Assembly (NCBI GenBank): GCA_047514915.1
Contig: JAKZXP010000324.1
Span: 1 to 25,410 of the forward strand
Source of the DNA: Terriglobia bacterium
GTDB lineage: Bacteria; Acidobacteriota; Terriglobia; JAJPHL01; JAPKYU01
Direction: 5' to 3'
Length of the DNA: 25,410 bases
Part shown: positions 8,641-16,700 of the stretch, piece after piece
How positions within the stretch are numbered: the first letter of the stretch is position 1
How the letters are laid out: every line of letters begins with the position of its first letter
The notes under the pieces: model-generated
Told to the model about the DNA's origin: nothing
Seen by the model: only the letters and a program-made list of their open reading frames with translations
Database searches by the model: none
Translations under genes and position numbers: made by a program

Positions 8641-8779
8641 CTAGCAGGGTGCTGAAAAACTGATTCTGTGGACCGCTTGCTTACGCGCGCGGCTCGGTAA
8701 CCACTGGGGAATCAGTCGAGCTGATTCAGAGCCGCGACCATTAGCGAGCGGTTTCCCGAGTTTTTCAGCACCCTGCTAG
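8641..8779. mobile_element. 139-bp MITE-like non-autonomous element with 21-bp perfect terminal inverted repeats (including the flanking CTAG)
   Basis: ctagcagggtgctgaaaaact (8641-8661) is the exact reverse complement of agtttttcagcaccctgctag (8759-8779). CTAG at both ends could be a 4-bp target duplication. No ORF inside. The ends resemble IS1182/IS5-type termini (from recollection, not searched). Confidence 0.75.
8672..8752. repeat. REP-like inverted doublet nested within the MITE
   Basis: accgcttgcttacgcgcgcggctc (8672-8695) matches the reverse complement of gagccgcgaccattagcgagcggt (8729-8752) at 19/24 positions. Each arm is itself a CCGC...GCGG hairpin. Central stem gaatcag/ctgattc at 8709-8727. 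Confidence 0.65.
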
Positions 8780-8817
8780 ATAGAAATTGAGCAGCGGTCG
8801 AAGAACACGTGCCACCA

Positions 8818-8877
8818 TTAGCGACTGGCGTGTTGGCGAGCGGTGTGTTGGCGACCGGTGTGTTAGCGAGCGGTGTG
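8818..8877. repeat. 15-bp tandem array x4 spanning the stop codon of the upstream small gene
   Basis: ttagcgactggcgtg / ttggcgagcggtgtg / ttggcgaccggtgtg / ttagcgagcggtgtg. Confidence 0.85.
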
Positions 8878-9120
8878 TTGCGCTATGCTGGCTTCCAGCT
8901 CAGGGACCTCCCGCATCAGCTCGCTTAGCGGTAGTTCGCCTCCAAGGCAGTCGAGGGCTCTCCGGCCACTTGCATCGCAGACGACGACTGCCATCGGTTC
9001 CTTGAAGCCCCAGGTCCAAATCCGGGAGCGCAGCTCATGCCTGCCGGAGTAGACCTTCTCGATGGGGATAATGGTTACCCCTGAGACGGTTACGGCTCGA
9101 CCGGCGTGCAGGCCGCTCAT
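8863..9120 (-). CDS. Small hypothetical protein, divergent YtfJ/GerW-like
   Basis: 85 aa from the ATG at 9120, which overlaps the DUF2953 stop (ATGA coupling). AGRAVTVSGVTIIPI...EPMAVVV aligns by eye with VGEPIIAGENTLIPL...KPVAVIV of the neighbouring YtfJ. Confidence 0.7.
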   Translation of the reverse strand: MSGLHAGRAVTVSGVTIIPIEKVYSGRHELRSRIWTWGFKEPMAVVVCDASGRRALDCLGGELPLSELMREVPELEASIAQHTAR

Positions 9121-9689
9121 TTTCGCCTCGACCGAACCAGCATCCACGCCGCACCCAAAGTGGCGGGTGATAGCAGGAAAAGGACGCTGAGGTAAGCGAG
9201 CTGGATCGGGATTAACCGGATCGTCCCCCGAGCATCGGCTTCAAAACATTCGTCCGTAAAGGTGGGGTCCAGTCTGATAGTCACCCTGGGGCTGACTGTC
9301 AGAAGGCCGGTCAAGGGTCCTGCAATGGCCCACAGGTATCCGGTCTCTGCCGGATCATCCATCCCTATTCGGAGTCGCAGGTCGCAAGCGCGGACACGCA
9401 CCGACTTCAGAAGGTCTCCGCCAAACCGCAACGAGCGATGTCGGAAGGCAGAGCTGCGAAAGGTAACCATCACACGGCGAGCAAAGCGAGCCCGGGCTAG
9501 ACGCTTCTTGGGCGGCCGCGGCAGCCGTGGCCGCCGGGAAGGCATCCGGAACCGGAGCAGGCCGTACATCCACCCTACGAAAACCTCGGCGCGGAATGAT
9601 TCGCGCCGCTGAATCCGGAAGACAAGATCCACTGGGATGGCCAACAGCAAAACCACACCCAGCAGGCCTACGAAAGCCCAGAGGAACAT
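9117..9689 (-). CDS. DUF2953 domain-containing membrane protein
   Basis: N-terminal hydrophobic anchor, LRIGMDDPAETGYLWA (G-xxD-PAxTG motif), hydrophobic C-terminus; GGGAGG RBS; sits in the usual position next to ytfJ. Confidence 0.78.
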   Translation of the reverse strand: MFLWAFVGLLGVVLLLAIPVDLVFRIQRRESFRAEVFVGWMYGLLRFRMPSRRPRLPRPPKKRLARARFARRVMVTFRSSAFRHRSLRFGGDLLKSVRVRACDLRLRIGMDDPAETGYLWAIAGPLTGLLTVSPRVTIRLDPTFTDECFEADARGTIRLIPIQLAYLSVLFLLSPATLGAAWMLVRSRRK

Positions 9690-9703
9690 GGGAGCCCTCC
9701 CTT

Positions 9704-10060
9704 CTATTCGGAGGTCTCTTTGGATCGCTTCTGGGTGGCCTTGCCGATGGTCTCGACCAGCTTCTCCAGCACCGGAGAGGCGCGGCGCTTGATCGGCTCC
9801 ACGCGCACGCCTTCCTTGGTGATTACAATGACGGCCACGGGCTTGATCCCACCTCCGGCGCCCGCCGCGCCGCCGCCGCCCTCCCGCTTTTCGGCTTCTT
9901 TTCCCTGGCCGCTTCCCGCGCCCAGGCCGAAGCCAAGACTGACCAAGGGAATCAGCGTGTTCTCACCGGCTATAATGGGCTCGCCTACCACTTTCTTGGT
10001 GTCTAAGAGACGCTCGATCTCTGCGAGCATAGTCTTCGCAATCTGTTCCACGTCCGGCAT
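9704..10060 (-). CDS. YtfJ/GerW family protein
   Basis: TKKVVGEPI...TLIPLVSLGFGLGAGSG...GGGGAAGAGGGIKPVAVIVI; AGGAGGT RBS. Confidence 0.9.
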   Translation of the reverse strand: MPDVEQIAKTMLAEIERLLDTKKVVGEPIIAGENTLIPLVSLGFGLGAGSGQGKEAEKREGGGGAAGAGGGIKPVAVIVITKEGVRVEPIKRRASPVLEKLVETIGKATQKRSKETSE

Positions 10061-10170
10061 AACTACCTCCTGTTCTGTCGAGCCAACAACCCGTCCTCAC
10101 ACCGCGGGAATTCTCATGCTTGCCACGCTGCAATCTGCCGCCCGATTCTCGAGGGGCCGCAGGACGACGC

Positions 10171-10194
10171 GCCAGTCTAACAGCCAGTCTAACA
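10171..10194. repeat. 12-bp perfect tandem duplication x2 (intergenic)
   Basis: gccagtctaaca x2. Confidence 0.85.
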
Positions 10195-10295
10195 GGGAGA
10201 AGGCCATGGTCGCTAGGCGGCGGGAGCAAGGCCCTGCACGAGTCCTTCTCCGGGAAAACCGTCGAATCAAAGAGACAATCCACGCCAGAGAAGCG

Positions 10296-13200
10296 CTAGG
10301 AGGGCAGAGAGATGCCTACACCCGTCCCGGCTGCAGTGGCTCGCGTGGGAGCTAGGCACAAGGTGCCGGAAAAGGCGCAATGAGAGCAATGTGCTGCTAC
10401 CTCCGGCGGGAAATGGGCCTCCCGCTGCGCGGCGAAAAGCTCCCCCACCAACCGGCGCGCTTCCTCGAGCGCTTCAGGCGTCAGTTCTACGCGATGCGCT
10501 ACCCCGGGCGCCAGGAAAAACAGGACCGCTTCGCGAGGCAAGTCGCCGAAGGCGGCTTCCACCAGCAGAGCGTAGAGGAGCATTTGGACCCGGTAGTGGG
10601 CCGCCTCGATTTCCACCTGGTCGGCAGAGATGTCGTTCGTCTTGTAGTCCAGGAGCAGGTCGGGGCGCCCGTTGGCGAAGGTGAGCAGGTCCAGCGTGCC
10701 CCGCAGGAAACCGCCCGGTTCCTGGGGCCCCGGTTTCTGAGGCCTGGGTTTCTGAGGCCTCGGTTCCTGAGAAACGATCCCAGCCGCCATCACCGGCAAC
10801 TCGCGCCGGACATCACCCGCCGCCATGGTGCGCTGCCCGTATGCGCTTTGCCGGAAACGCTGTGCCAGGCGCTCAGCTTCGGCCCGCAGCGACGAAGGCA
10901 GAGGGGCCAGCGCGCCCGAACCGAGGGCCAGCACACGGTGGACCGCCCGCCCAACTTCCGTACGCGGAAACTCGTCGTCCATGCGCTCCGCAGCTTCATC
11001 GCGTGCCTCCGCGCCTGGCGCTGGATCGGGAAGACCGCCTCTGGCAGCACTCTCGTATCCTAGCCCGTATCCCGGCCCGTATCCCAGATAGCGGCTCAAG
11101 TAATAGCGGCGCGGGCAGCGGTGGAATTCTACGACATCGGTGACGGCGGCGAGAAAATCGCTGCGCTCGGCTTGCGGCGGCGCGGCGAGCGCCTTCTTGA
11201 CCAGTCGGCGGGCGTCGGCTTCCGCTTCCCGATCCAGTGGTATGTCCAGCGGGCTGCCGGCAGCGAGAGCCATGCGGTAGCGCTCCGCAATGGTCAGCTC
11301 TTGTTGAGATGCTGCTCCAAGTTCTTCGTCAGTAGCCAGCAGTGCCACGGAGAACCCCTCGGGCTTGCCGTCCACAGGAAGTGTGTGCCATTGGCTATCC
11401 ACTTCAACGCGATCCTTAGCAATCCCGTAACTGTCGCAAATCTGTTTCAGGGCATGTCCCAGCTGGAAGCCCTTTCGCGTCTTGTTCAAGCAGCCGCTCA
11501 AGATCAGGTGTTCCTGGGCGCGGGTCACGGCAACGTAGAAAACCCGATTTCTTTCCGCCTGCTCGCGGCGTTCCAACTCCTTCTCGATCCTCTCCAGGCC
11601 AGGCGATTTCACAGTCTCGGCTCCCTGGTCAAGCTTCACGCCCAGACCGAGTCCTGGCAAGAACTCCAGTGCGCTGCTCCGCGGGGGCGGTCGTCGGGTC
11701 AAATCTGGCAGTACCACCAGGGGGAATTCCAGCCCCTTGGCAGCGTGCATGGTCATCAGGCGAACGGCATTCTCGGCAGCCGAATCCAGTTGCGCTTCCC
11801 CTTCGCGAACGCCTTCGACATGGAAGCGGTCCACTGCCTCTGAGAATTCTTGGAGCGAACCGAAACCGGCCTTTTCCAGCGCCTCCGCCACCGCAGAAAG
11901 TTTCTTCAGGTTGGCCACCTTGCGGCGCCCATTGGGTTCGAGCAACAGCGTGGTGTCGTAGCTGGTGGCTTGGACAATGTTGCGCACCAGTTCGGCCAGG
12001 GGGCGCCAGGGGCCCTCGCCGCGCAACCGCTCCAGCAGGTTTCGAAACTCGCGCAGGCGCTCGGCATCTTCGGCCGGCAGGTTGGCGAGGGCCGGCAGGT
12101 TGGCGAGGGCGGGCAGGTTGGCGAGGGCGGGCAGGTTGGTGAGCGAATCGGTCTCCTCCAAGATGTCAGCAAGAACGATGTCAGCCAGAACCTGCCCCTC
12201 CCGCGCGTGGGCGTGCTCGGCAAGCAGATAGAGCGCATCGTCACTCAACCCAAACATAGGCGAGCGCAGGGTGGCCGCCAGAGCAATTTCATGGCGGGAA
12301 TTGTCAAGCACCCGCAGGAAACTCACCACATCGCGCACTTCGCGGGCTTCGTAGAAGCCGCGGCCCGTTTCGGAGAAATAGCGGATTCCCGCATCTTCCA
12401 GGGCACGCTCGTAGGTCTTGATGTCGGTAGCGCTGCGAAACAGCATCGCCACATCACCGTAGCCTAGTGGCCGGCCATAGTCGTCGCGTTTCCGGTTGGT
12501 GATGCGCAGTGACTCGGAATCGATCAACTGGCGAATGCGCCGCGCCAGGTGCCGGGCCTCGAGGGGCTGGATGTCGGGCTTCTTGCCGCGTTCGACGCCC
12601 ACCAGCAGGATTTCCACCGAGGGCTGCTGCTTTGGCGCAAACGGGGAGCCTACCGCGAGCGTCACAAAGGGCGTGCTGGCGCTGCGAAACCTTTCCTCGA
12701 AATGGCGGTTTACGGCATGAATGATCTCGGGACGGCTGCGGAAATCATCTCGCAGGTCCACCTGGCCTTTGAATCCCCTCGCCTCCTTCCAGGCCGCTTC
12801 GAACCCAGCCGGATCGGCGTTGCGGAAGCCATAGATGGACTGGGCCGGGTCGCCGACCACGAACAGCCGGCAGTGGAGAGCCACGGACTGGATGATCTCG
12901 CTCTGTACCGGGCTGGTGTCCTGATACTCATCCACCAGAATTTCCTGAAAGCGCCTGCTAACCCGCCCGGCCACATCGGGCCAGGCGCCCAGCATGCGAC
13001 GCGTCGACTGTTCCAGATCTTCGAAATCCAGGGCGGAAAGACGCCGCTTGCGCTGGTTGTAGGCGCGGTGCAGTTCGCCTAACAAATCGGCCACCCTCTC
13101 GCGCTGGTGGGAGGCGCGATGCTCCGCCTCAGTGTCCTCCTCGGTCAGCGGGAAATCCGAAGAAAGCAAGCTGGCCTTGTCCTGCGGGTCGCCCCCGTGC

Positions 13201-13706
13201 CGGCGGATCGTGTCATAGACGTGCAAGACCAGACGGTCGTACTTGTCTTTCTTGAAGTGGCGGACAAATTCCAGAAATTGTTCTGGCCTGCTCCGGCGGC
13301 ACTCCTCCAAAACGCTGTCGAGTGTGGCCTGCTTCAGGACTGCCGAGCGGATCTCGTCCAGCACCTGAAAGCGGGGATCCACACCAGCCTCAATGGCGTG
13401 TTCCCGGAGGAGCCGCGCGCAGAAGCCGTGGATGGTGGAGATGTAGGCCCGCTCCAGGCGCCGGCGCTCCTCCTCCAGGCCCAGCCGTTCTAACAGTTCG
13501 GCGAGGCGGCCCTTCACCTCAGCAGCAGCGTTTTCCGTAAAGGTGATGGCGAGCGTGCGGGCCAAGTCCAACCGGCCGTCGAGCACTCTGTGGGCGATTC
13601 GTCCCACCAGCACGCGCGTCTTGCCTGAGCCCGGCCCGGCCTGCACGCAGAGACGCCAGGCGTCGCTGGTGATGGCAGCGAGCTGCGACCCGGTCAGCGA
13701 GTCCAT
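10296..13706 (-). CDS. addA: AddA-like UvrD/SF1 helicase with C-terminal PD-(D/E)XK nuclease
   Basis: AGPGSGKT, ITFTENAA, STIHGFC, VDEYQDT, VGDPAQSIYGFR, DDFRS, TMHAAKGLEF, RVFYVAVTRA, then GTLDLL...LLDYKTN. Start set at MDSLTGSQ (13706), which overlaps the addB 3' end by 13 nt; the alternative ATG is at 13736. Confidence 0.88.
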   Translation of the reverse strand: MDSLTGSQLAAITSDAWRLCVQAGPGSGKTRVLVGRIAHRVLDGRLDLARTLAITFTENAAAEVKGRLAELLERLGLEEERRRLERAYISTIHGFCARLLREHAIEAGVDPRFQVLDEIRSAVLKQATLDSVLEECRRSRPEQFLEFVRHFKKDKYDRLVLHVYDTIRRHGGDPQDKASLLSSDFPLTEEDTEAEHRASHQRERVADLLGELHRAYNQRKRRLSALDFEDLEQSTRRMLGAWPDVAGRVSRRFQEILVDEYQDTSPVQSEIIQSVALHCRLFVVGDPAQSIYGFRNADPAGFEAAWKEARGFKGQVDLRDDFRSRPEIIHAVNRHFEERFRSASTPFVTLAVGSPFAPKQQPSVEILLVGVERGKKPDIQPLEARHLARRIRQLIDSESLRITNRKRDDYGRPLGYGDVAMLFRSATDIKTYERALEDAGIRYFSETGRGFYEAREVRDVVSFLRVLDNSRHEIALAATLRSPMFGLSDDALYLLAEHAHAREGQVLADIVLADILEETDSLTNLPALANLPALANLPALANLPAEDAERLREFRNLLERLRGEGPWRPLAELVRNIVQATSYDTTLLLEPNGRRKVANLKKLSAVAEALEKAGFGSLQEFSEAVDRFHVEGVREGEAQLDSAAENAVRLMTMHAAKGLEFPLVVLPDLTRRPPPRSSALEFLPGLGLGVKLDQGAETVKSPGLERIEKELERREQAERNRVFYVAVTRAQEHLILSGCLNKTRKGFQLGHALKQICDSYGIAKDRVEVDSQWHTLPVDGKPEGFSVALLATDEELGAASQQELTIAERYRMALAAGSPLDIPLDREAEADARRLVKKALAAPPQAERSDFLAAVTDVVEFHRCPRRYYLSRYLGYGPGYGLGYESAARGGLPDPAPGAEARDEAAERMDDEFPRTEVGRAVHRVLALGSGALAPLPSSLRAEAERLAQRFRQSAYGQRTMAAGDVRRELPVMAAGIVSQEPRPQKPRPQKPGPQEPGGFLRGTLDLLTFANGRPDLLLDYKTNDISADQVEIEAAHYRVQMLLYALLVEAAFGDLPREAVLFFLAPGVAHRVELTPEALEEARRLVGELFAAQREAHFPPEVAAHCSHCAFSGTLCLAPTRATAAGTGVGISLPS
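10715..10774. repeat. 15-bp tandem repeat x4 (in-frame, SQEPRPQKPRPQKPGPQEPG)
   Basis: ccggttcctggggcc / ccggtttctgaggcc / tgggtttctgaggcc / tcggttcctgagaaa. Confidence 0.85.
11055..11087. repeat. 12-bp tandem repeat x~3 (in-frame, GYGPGYGLGY)
   Basis: gtatcctagccc / gtatcccggccc / gtatcccag. Confidence 0.75.
12076..12140. repeat. 18-bp tandem repeat x3.5 (in-frame, NLPALA repeats)
   Basis: ggcaggttggcgagggcc / ggcaggttggcgagggcg / ggcaggttggcgagggcg / ggcaggttggt. Confidence 0.92.
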
Positions 13707-16700
13707 GCCCGCGCGCGTTGTCCCGGAAACTCCCATTGCTTTACCCGGCAGACGTCGAAAAAGGCGCAGTTCTTACAGCGCTCGGGAAACTTCGGAAAAA
13801 CGGCGATCTCTCCATCGCGGATTCTCTCCGCGTGTTGCTTCATCCATTGGCGGCCTTGCTCCATCATTTCCCGGAACTGTGGCGGGTCCAGGCAAATGGC
13901 TTTGGCCGGAGGGGGCTGCTGGAAGATCTGGTCCAGGAGGGCGGAATCGTAGATGCCACGCCGGGAGAGAGTCTCGGTTTTCAGCGGGTAGAGTTCCGCG
14001 CCGGCGGGCACCAGGCCGAATCGCTCCTGAAGTGCCAGCAGGTAAACGGGGAATTGGAGCTCCAACCCTTCCTGGATCTGGTCCCAGCTTTCTTTCTTGA
14101 AAGCCTTTGCGTTGTACTTGAAATCTACGACAAGGCCCAGCTTTTTGTCCCCGGCAGGGACTACCTCCACCCGATCCAGCCGCCCGAGGACGCGAATGAT
14201 CGTGTGGTCTGCGAGCGTCACTTCCAGTGCCGGCGCGCCGTCCGCGTAGCCGAATTTCAGCTCAATGTACTCCGGGCGTATCGCGGTGCGGTACCTGTCG
14301 CCGTGCTGCTGCTCGAACGCGGCGAAGCGCTCGAGGCACCGGCGCAGCTCCTCGCGCTCCTTGGCAGCAAGGTGACTGGGGGGGATGTCCCTGGTCTTCT
14401 TGCGGAAACACTCCTCTAACACTTCGTCGATGGGCCGGCTGCGGCCACCCCGTTCCCAAGCCTCGATGGTGGCGTGGGCGATCTTGCCGGCCAGCTGAGG
14501 GTCAATTTCCTTTGGAACGGCGGGGCCCTGAAGCTTGAGCGACTCCTGGGCGAAGTACTTGAAGGCGCACTCGGCAAAGGTACGGAAGCCAGAGGCGCTG
14601 AACAGGGTAGCGCGCTCGCGTAGCCGCGTCCGCACCGCTTCCAGCTGCAATCTGCCGGGTCTGGGGGCTAGGGCGGAGGCGGCGCGGCGGGTGGCTCCGA
14701 GCGGGCGCAACTCTTCATACAAAGCAAGAGCGCGGCTCATTGCTTCAGTCCGGGCTTCAGTCCGGGCTTCAGGCCGGGCTTCAGGCCGGGTTTCGGGCCG
14801 GGCTTCGGGCCGGGACGCTCGCGCTCCCAGTTCCAGGTGGGTCAGGGCCAACAAGTCGTCCGTGCCGGTGGCCAGCTCGGCCGGGCAGGCGATTGCCGAA
14901 CGGTGCCACTGTAGGTTGCGGTACGCCGGAGATTCGAGCAACGGCCTCAACCCGCGCAGAAGAGACGAGCGAAGCTGTGGAGTTCCGTCGGCATCCGACA
15001 GCGGGTAAGTGAAATACAGGCGGTCTCGCGGCCGGGTGGCAGCGACGTAGAACAGCAGGCGCTCTTCCAGGCGCCGGTGGGCGGTGGTGGGTAGAGCAAG
15101 CCCACCGGTCTTCTCCAGCGCCTTCCGGTCGTCGTCATCCAGAAAGAGCGGATCACGAATCGGCGCCGGGAACTCGTTCTCCACCAGCCCGACGATGAAC
15201 ACCGCGCCCAGTTCCCACTGGCGGGCTTCAAAAGGGTTCATCAGGGTCACGGCGTCCTGGCGGCGGTCGCGGACCGAGAACTGGTCCCTTGCCAGCAGTA
15301 ACAACAGCAGCTCGCGGAATTCGGGAAAGCTCATCGGGCCGGCATGTTCCGCCTGAGCGGCGACCGAGATTTCGCCCAGCAGCGACTCTATCCGCCGAAA
15401 CGCAACGGCCTCGGCCCTCAATTCCAACGCACGCTCCGGGCGCAGCCGGTCGGGAATTTCCCCCAGGAGTGTGAACTCGCGCCAGAGACGCAACGTCCAG
15501 GCAGCCAGCTCGCTGGCATCATCAAGCCTGGCCAGCTCCGATGTAAACGCCGCCAGCCTCTCCAGAATATCGGCCAGCCGGGTTCCCTGGGTGACGCAGT
15601 TGTCCCAACGGCCCTCGCGGACTTCGGCTAGCCGCGCAATGGCGCGGTACTCAAATTTTTCCACCAGCTTTCGGCTGCGCAGAGGGCTGTAAGGTGATTT
15701 CAGCCAATGAAATACCGATTGCGGGCGGCTGCCGGGCTGAAACAAATCCAGGCAGAGTCGTAGGTGGCGCCCGGCGGCCGTGTCGGCCGGAGAGACAGGA
15801 ACAAAGGCCCGCAGCGGAATCCCCAGGTGACGGAATACGCCGCGTAACAGGGGTAAGTATTCGCCGGGGCGCCGGGCAATAATGCCGATTTCGCGGTAGC
15901 GGAAGCCGCTGCGTCCCAGGCGCAGAATCTCACGCCCGATGAGCTCGGCCTCATTCCGGCGGTCTGCAGCTGCCCAAAGCGAAAGCGCGCCTTCCTGCGC
16001 CCACAGCGGCGCCGGGGCCTCAGCTTGACCCTCGCGCAGCCCGAGTTCGACCGCAGCCAGCGATCCGGCCCGCGGTCGGTGGTTGGCGTCGATCCACAGC
16101 TCGCGAAAGCCAAGCGATTTCAGCCAGGCGCGGGAACGCTCCGCCTGGTAAAAGAGATCGCGTTTCTGCGGGTCCAGCGTCAGCGTTACGACGGCCACGG
16201 GCGCATGGGGCAACAAGGCCATCAACAGGGCCCGCTGCTCTGCGGTGAAGTCGGCAAATCCATCTAACAGGAGGAGTCTGAGGGGCAGGGCGCCCCCGGC
16301 AAGACTTTCCAAAGCAGGGGAGAGGCGCTGGGTCGCATCAACGCCGGCCTGGCGCAGAGCGGCAAGGTAGGCCCGAAAAAGTTGCTGAAAGGCATGATGG
16401 CGCGCTGAGGGTGCAGCCTTGCGCAATACAGCTTCCAGTGTGTCTGGCTCCACTCCGGCGCGACGCGCCTCTTCCAGCGCATCTCCCAGCGCTGTACGAA
16501 AGCCAGGGAAATCCCGCACCGCATCCAAGTAAGGCAGCGGCAGCTCCCGAAGCAGGCGGCGGAGCAGCAGCTCCCGGCGCGCGGCGCTCAACTCTGCGGG
16601 TGATCCGCTGTCGCTTCCCCCCGCCAGCAGTGAATCTCCCGGTGCACCACAACGGCTTTCTGAAAACAGGCGCTCCAGCAGGTCGTGAAAGGTGCAGACC

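Noticed and set aside
8522-8860. Cobalamin riboswitch upstream of the BtuB-like receptor
   Set aside because: No B12-box or GGGAA/GCCACTG arrangement was found on the minus strand; the structure present is explained by the MITE/REP.
8818-8877. CRISPR array
   Set aside because: The units are 15 bp, directly adjacent, with no unique spacers and no cas genes.
8863-10060. Evidence for sporulation
   Set aside because: YtfJ/GerW homologs also occur in non-sporulating prokaryotes, no other spo/ger genes are present, and the TBDR indicates a diderm.
9720-14419. Long plus-strand ORFs (9720..10355, 10380..11063, 11121..11843, 11850..12467, 13718..14419 and others)
   Set aside because: Antisense shadows of GC-rich genes (ytfJ, addA, addB) with no family motifs or RBS.
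10296-14600. Cas4 or defence-nuclease interpretation of the four-Cys PD-(D/E)XK domains
   Set aside because: Both domains are C-terminal fusions to SF1 helicase or pseudo-helicase bodies in the addB-addA arrangement, and there is no CRISPR or defence context.
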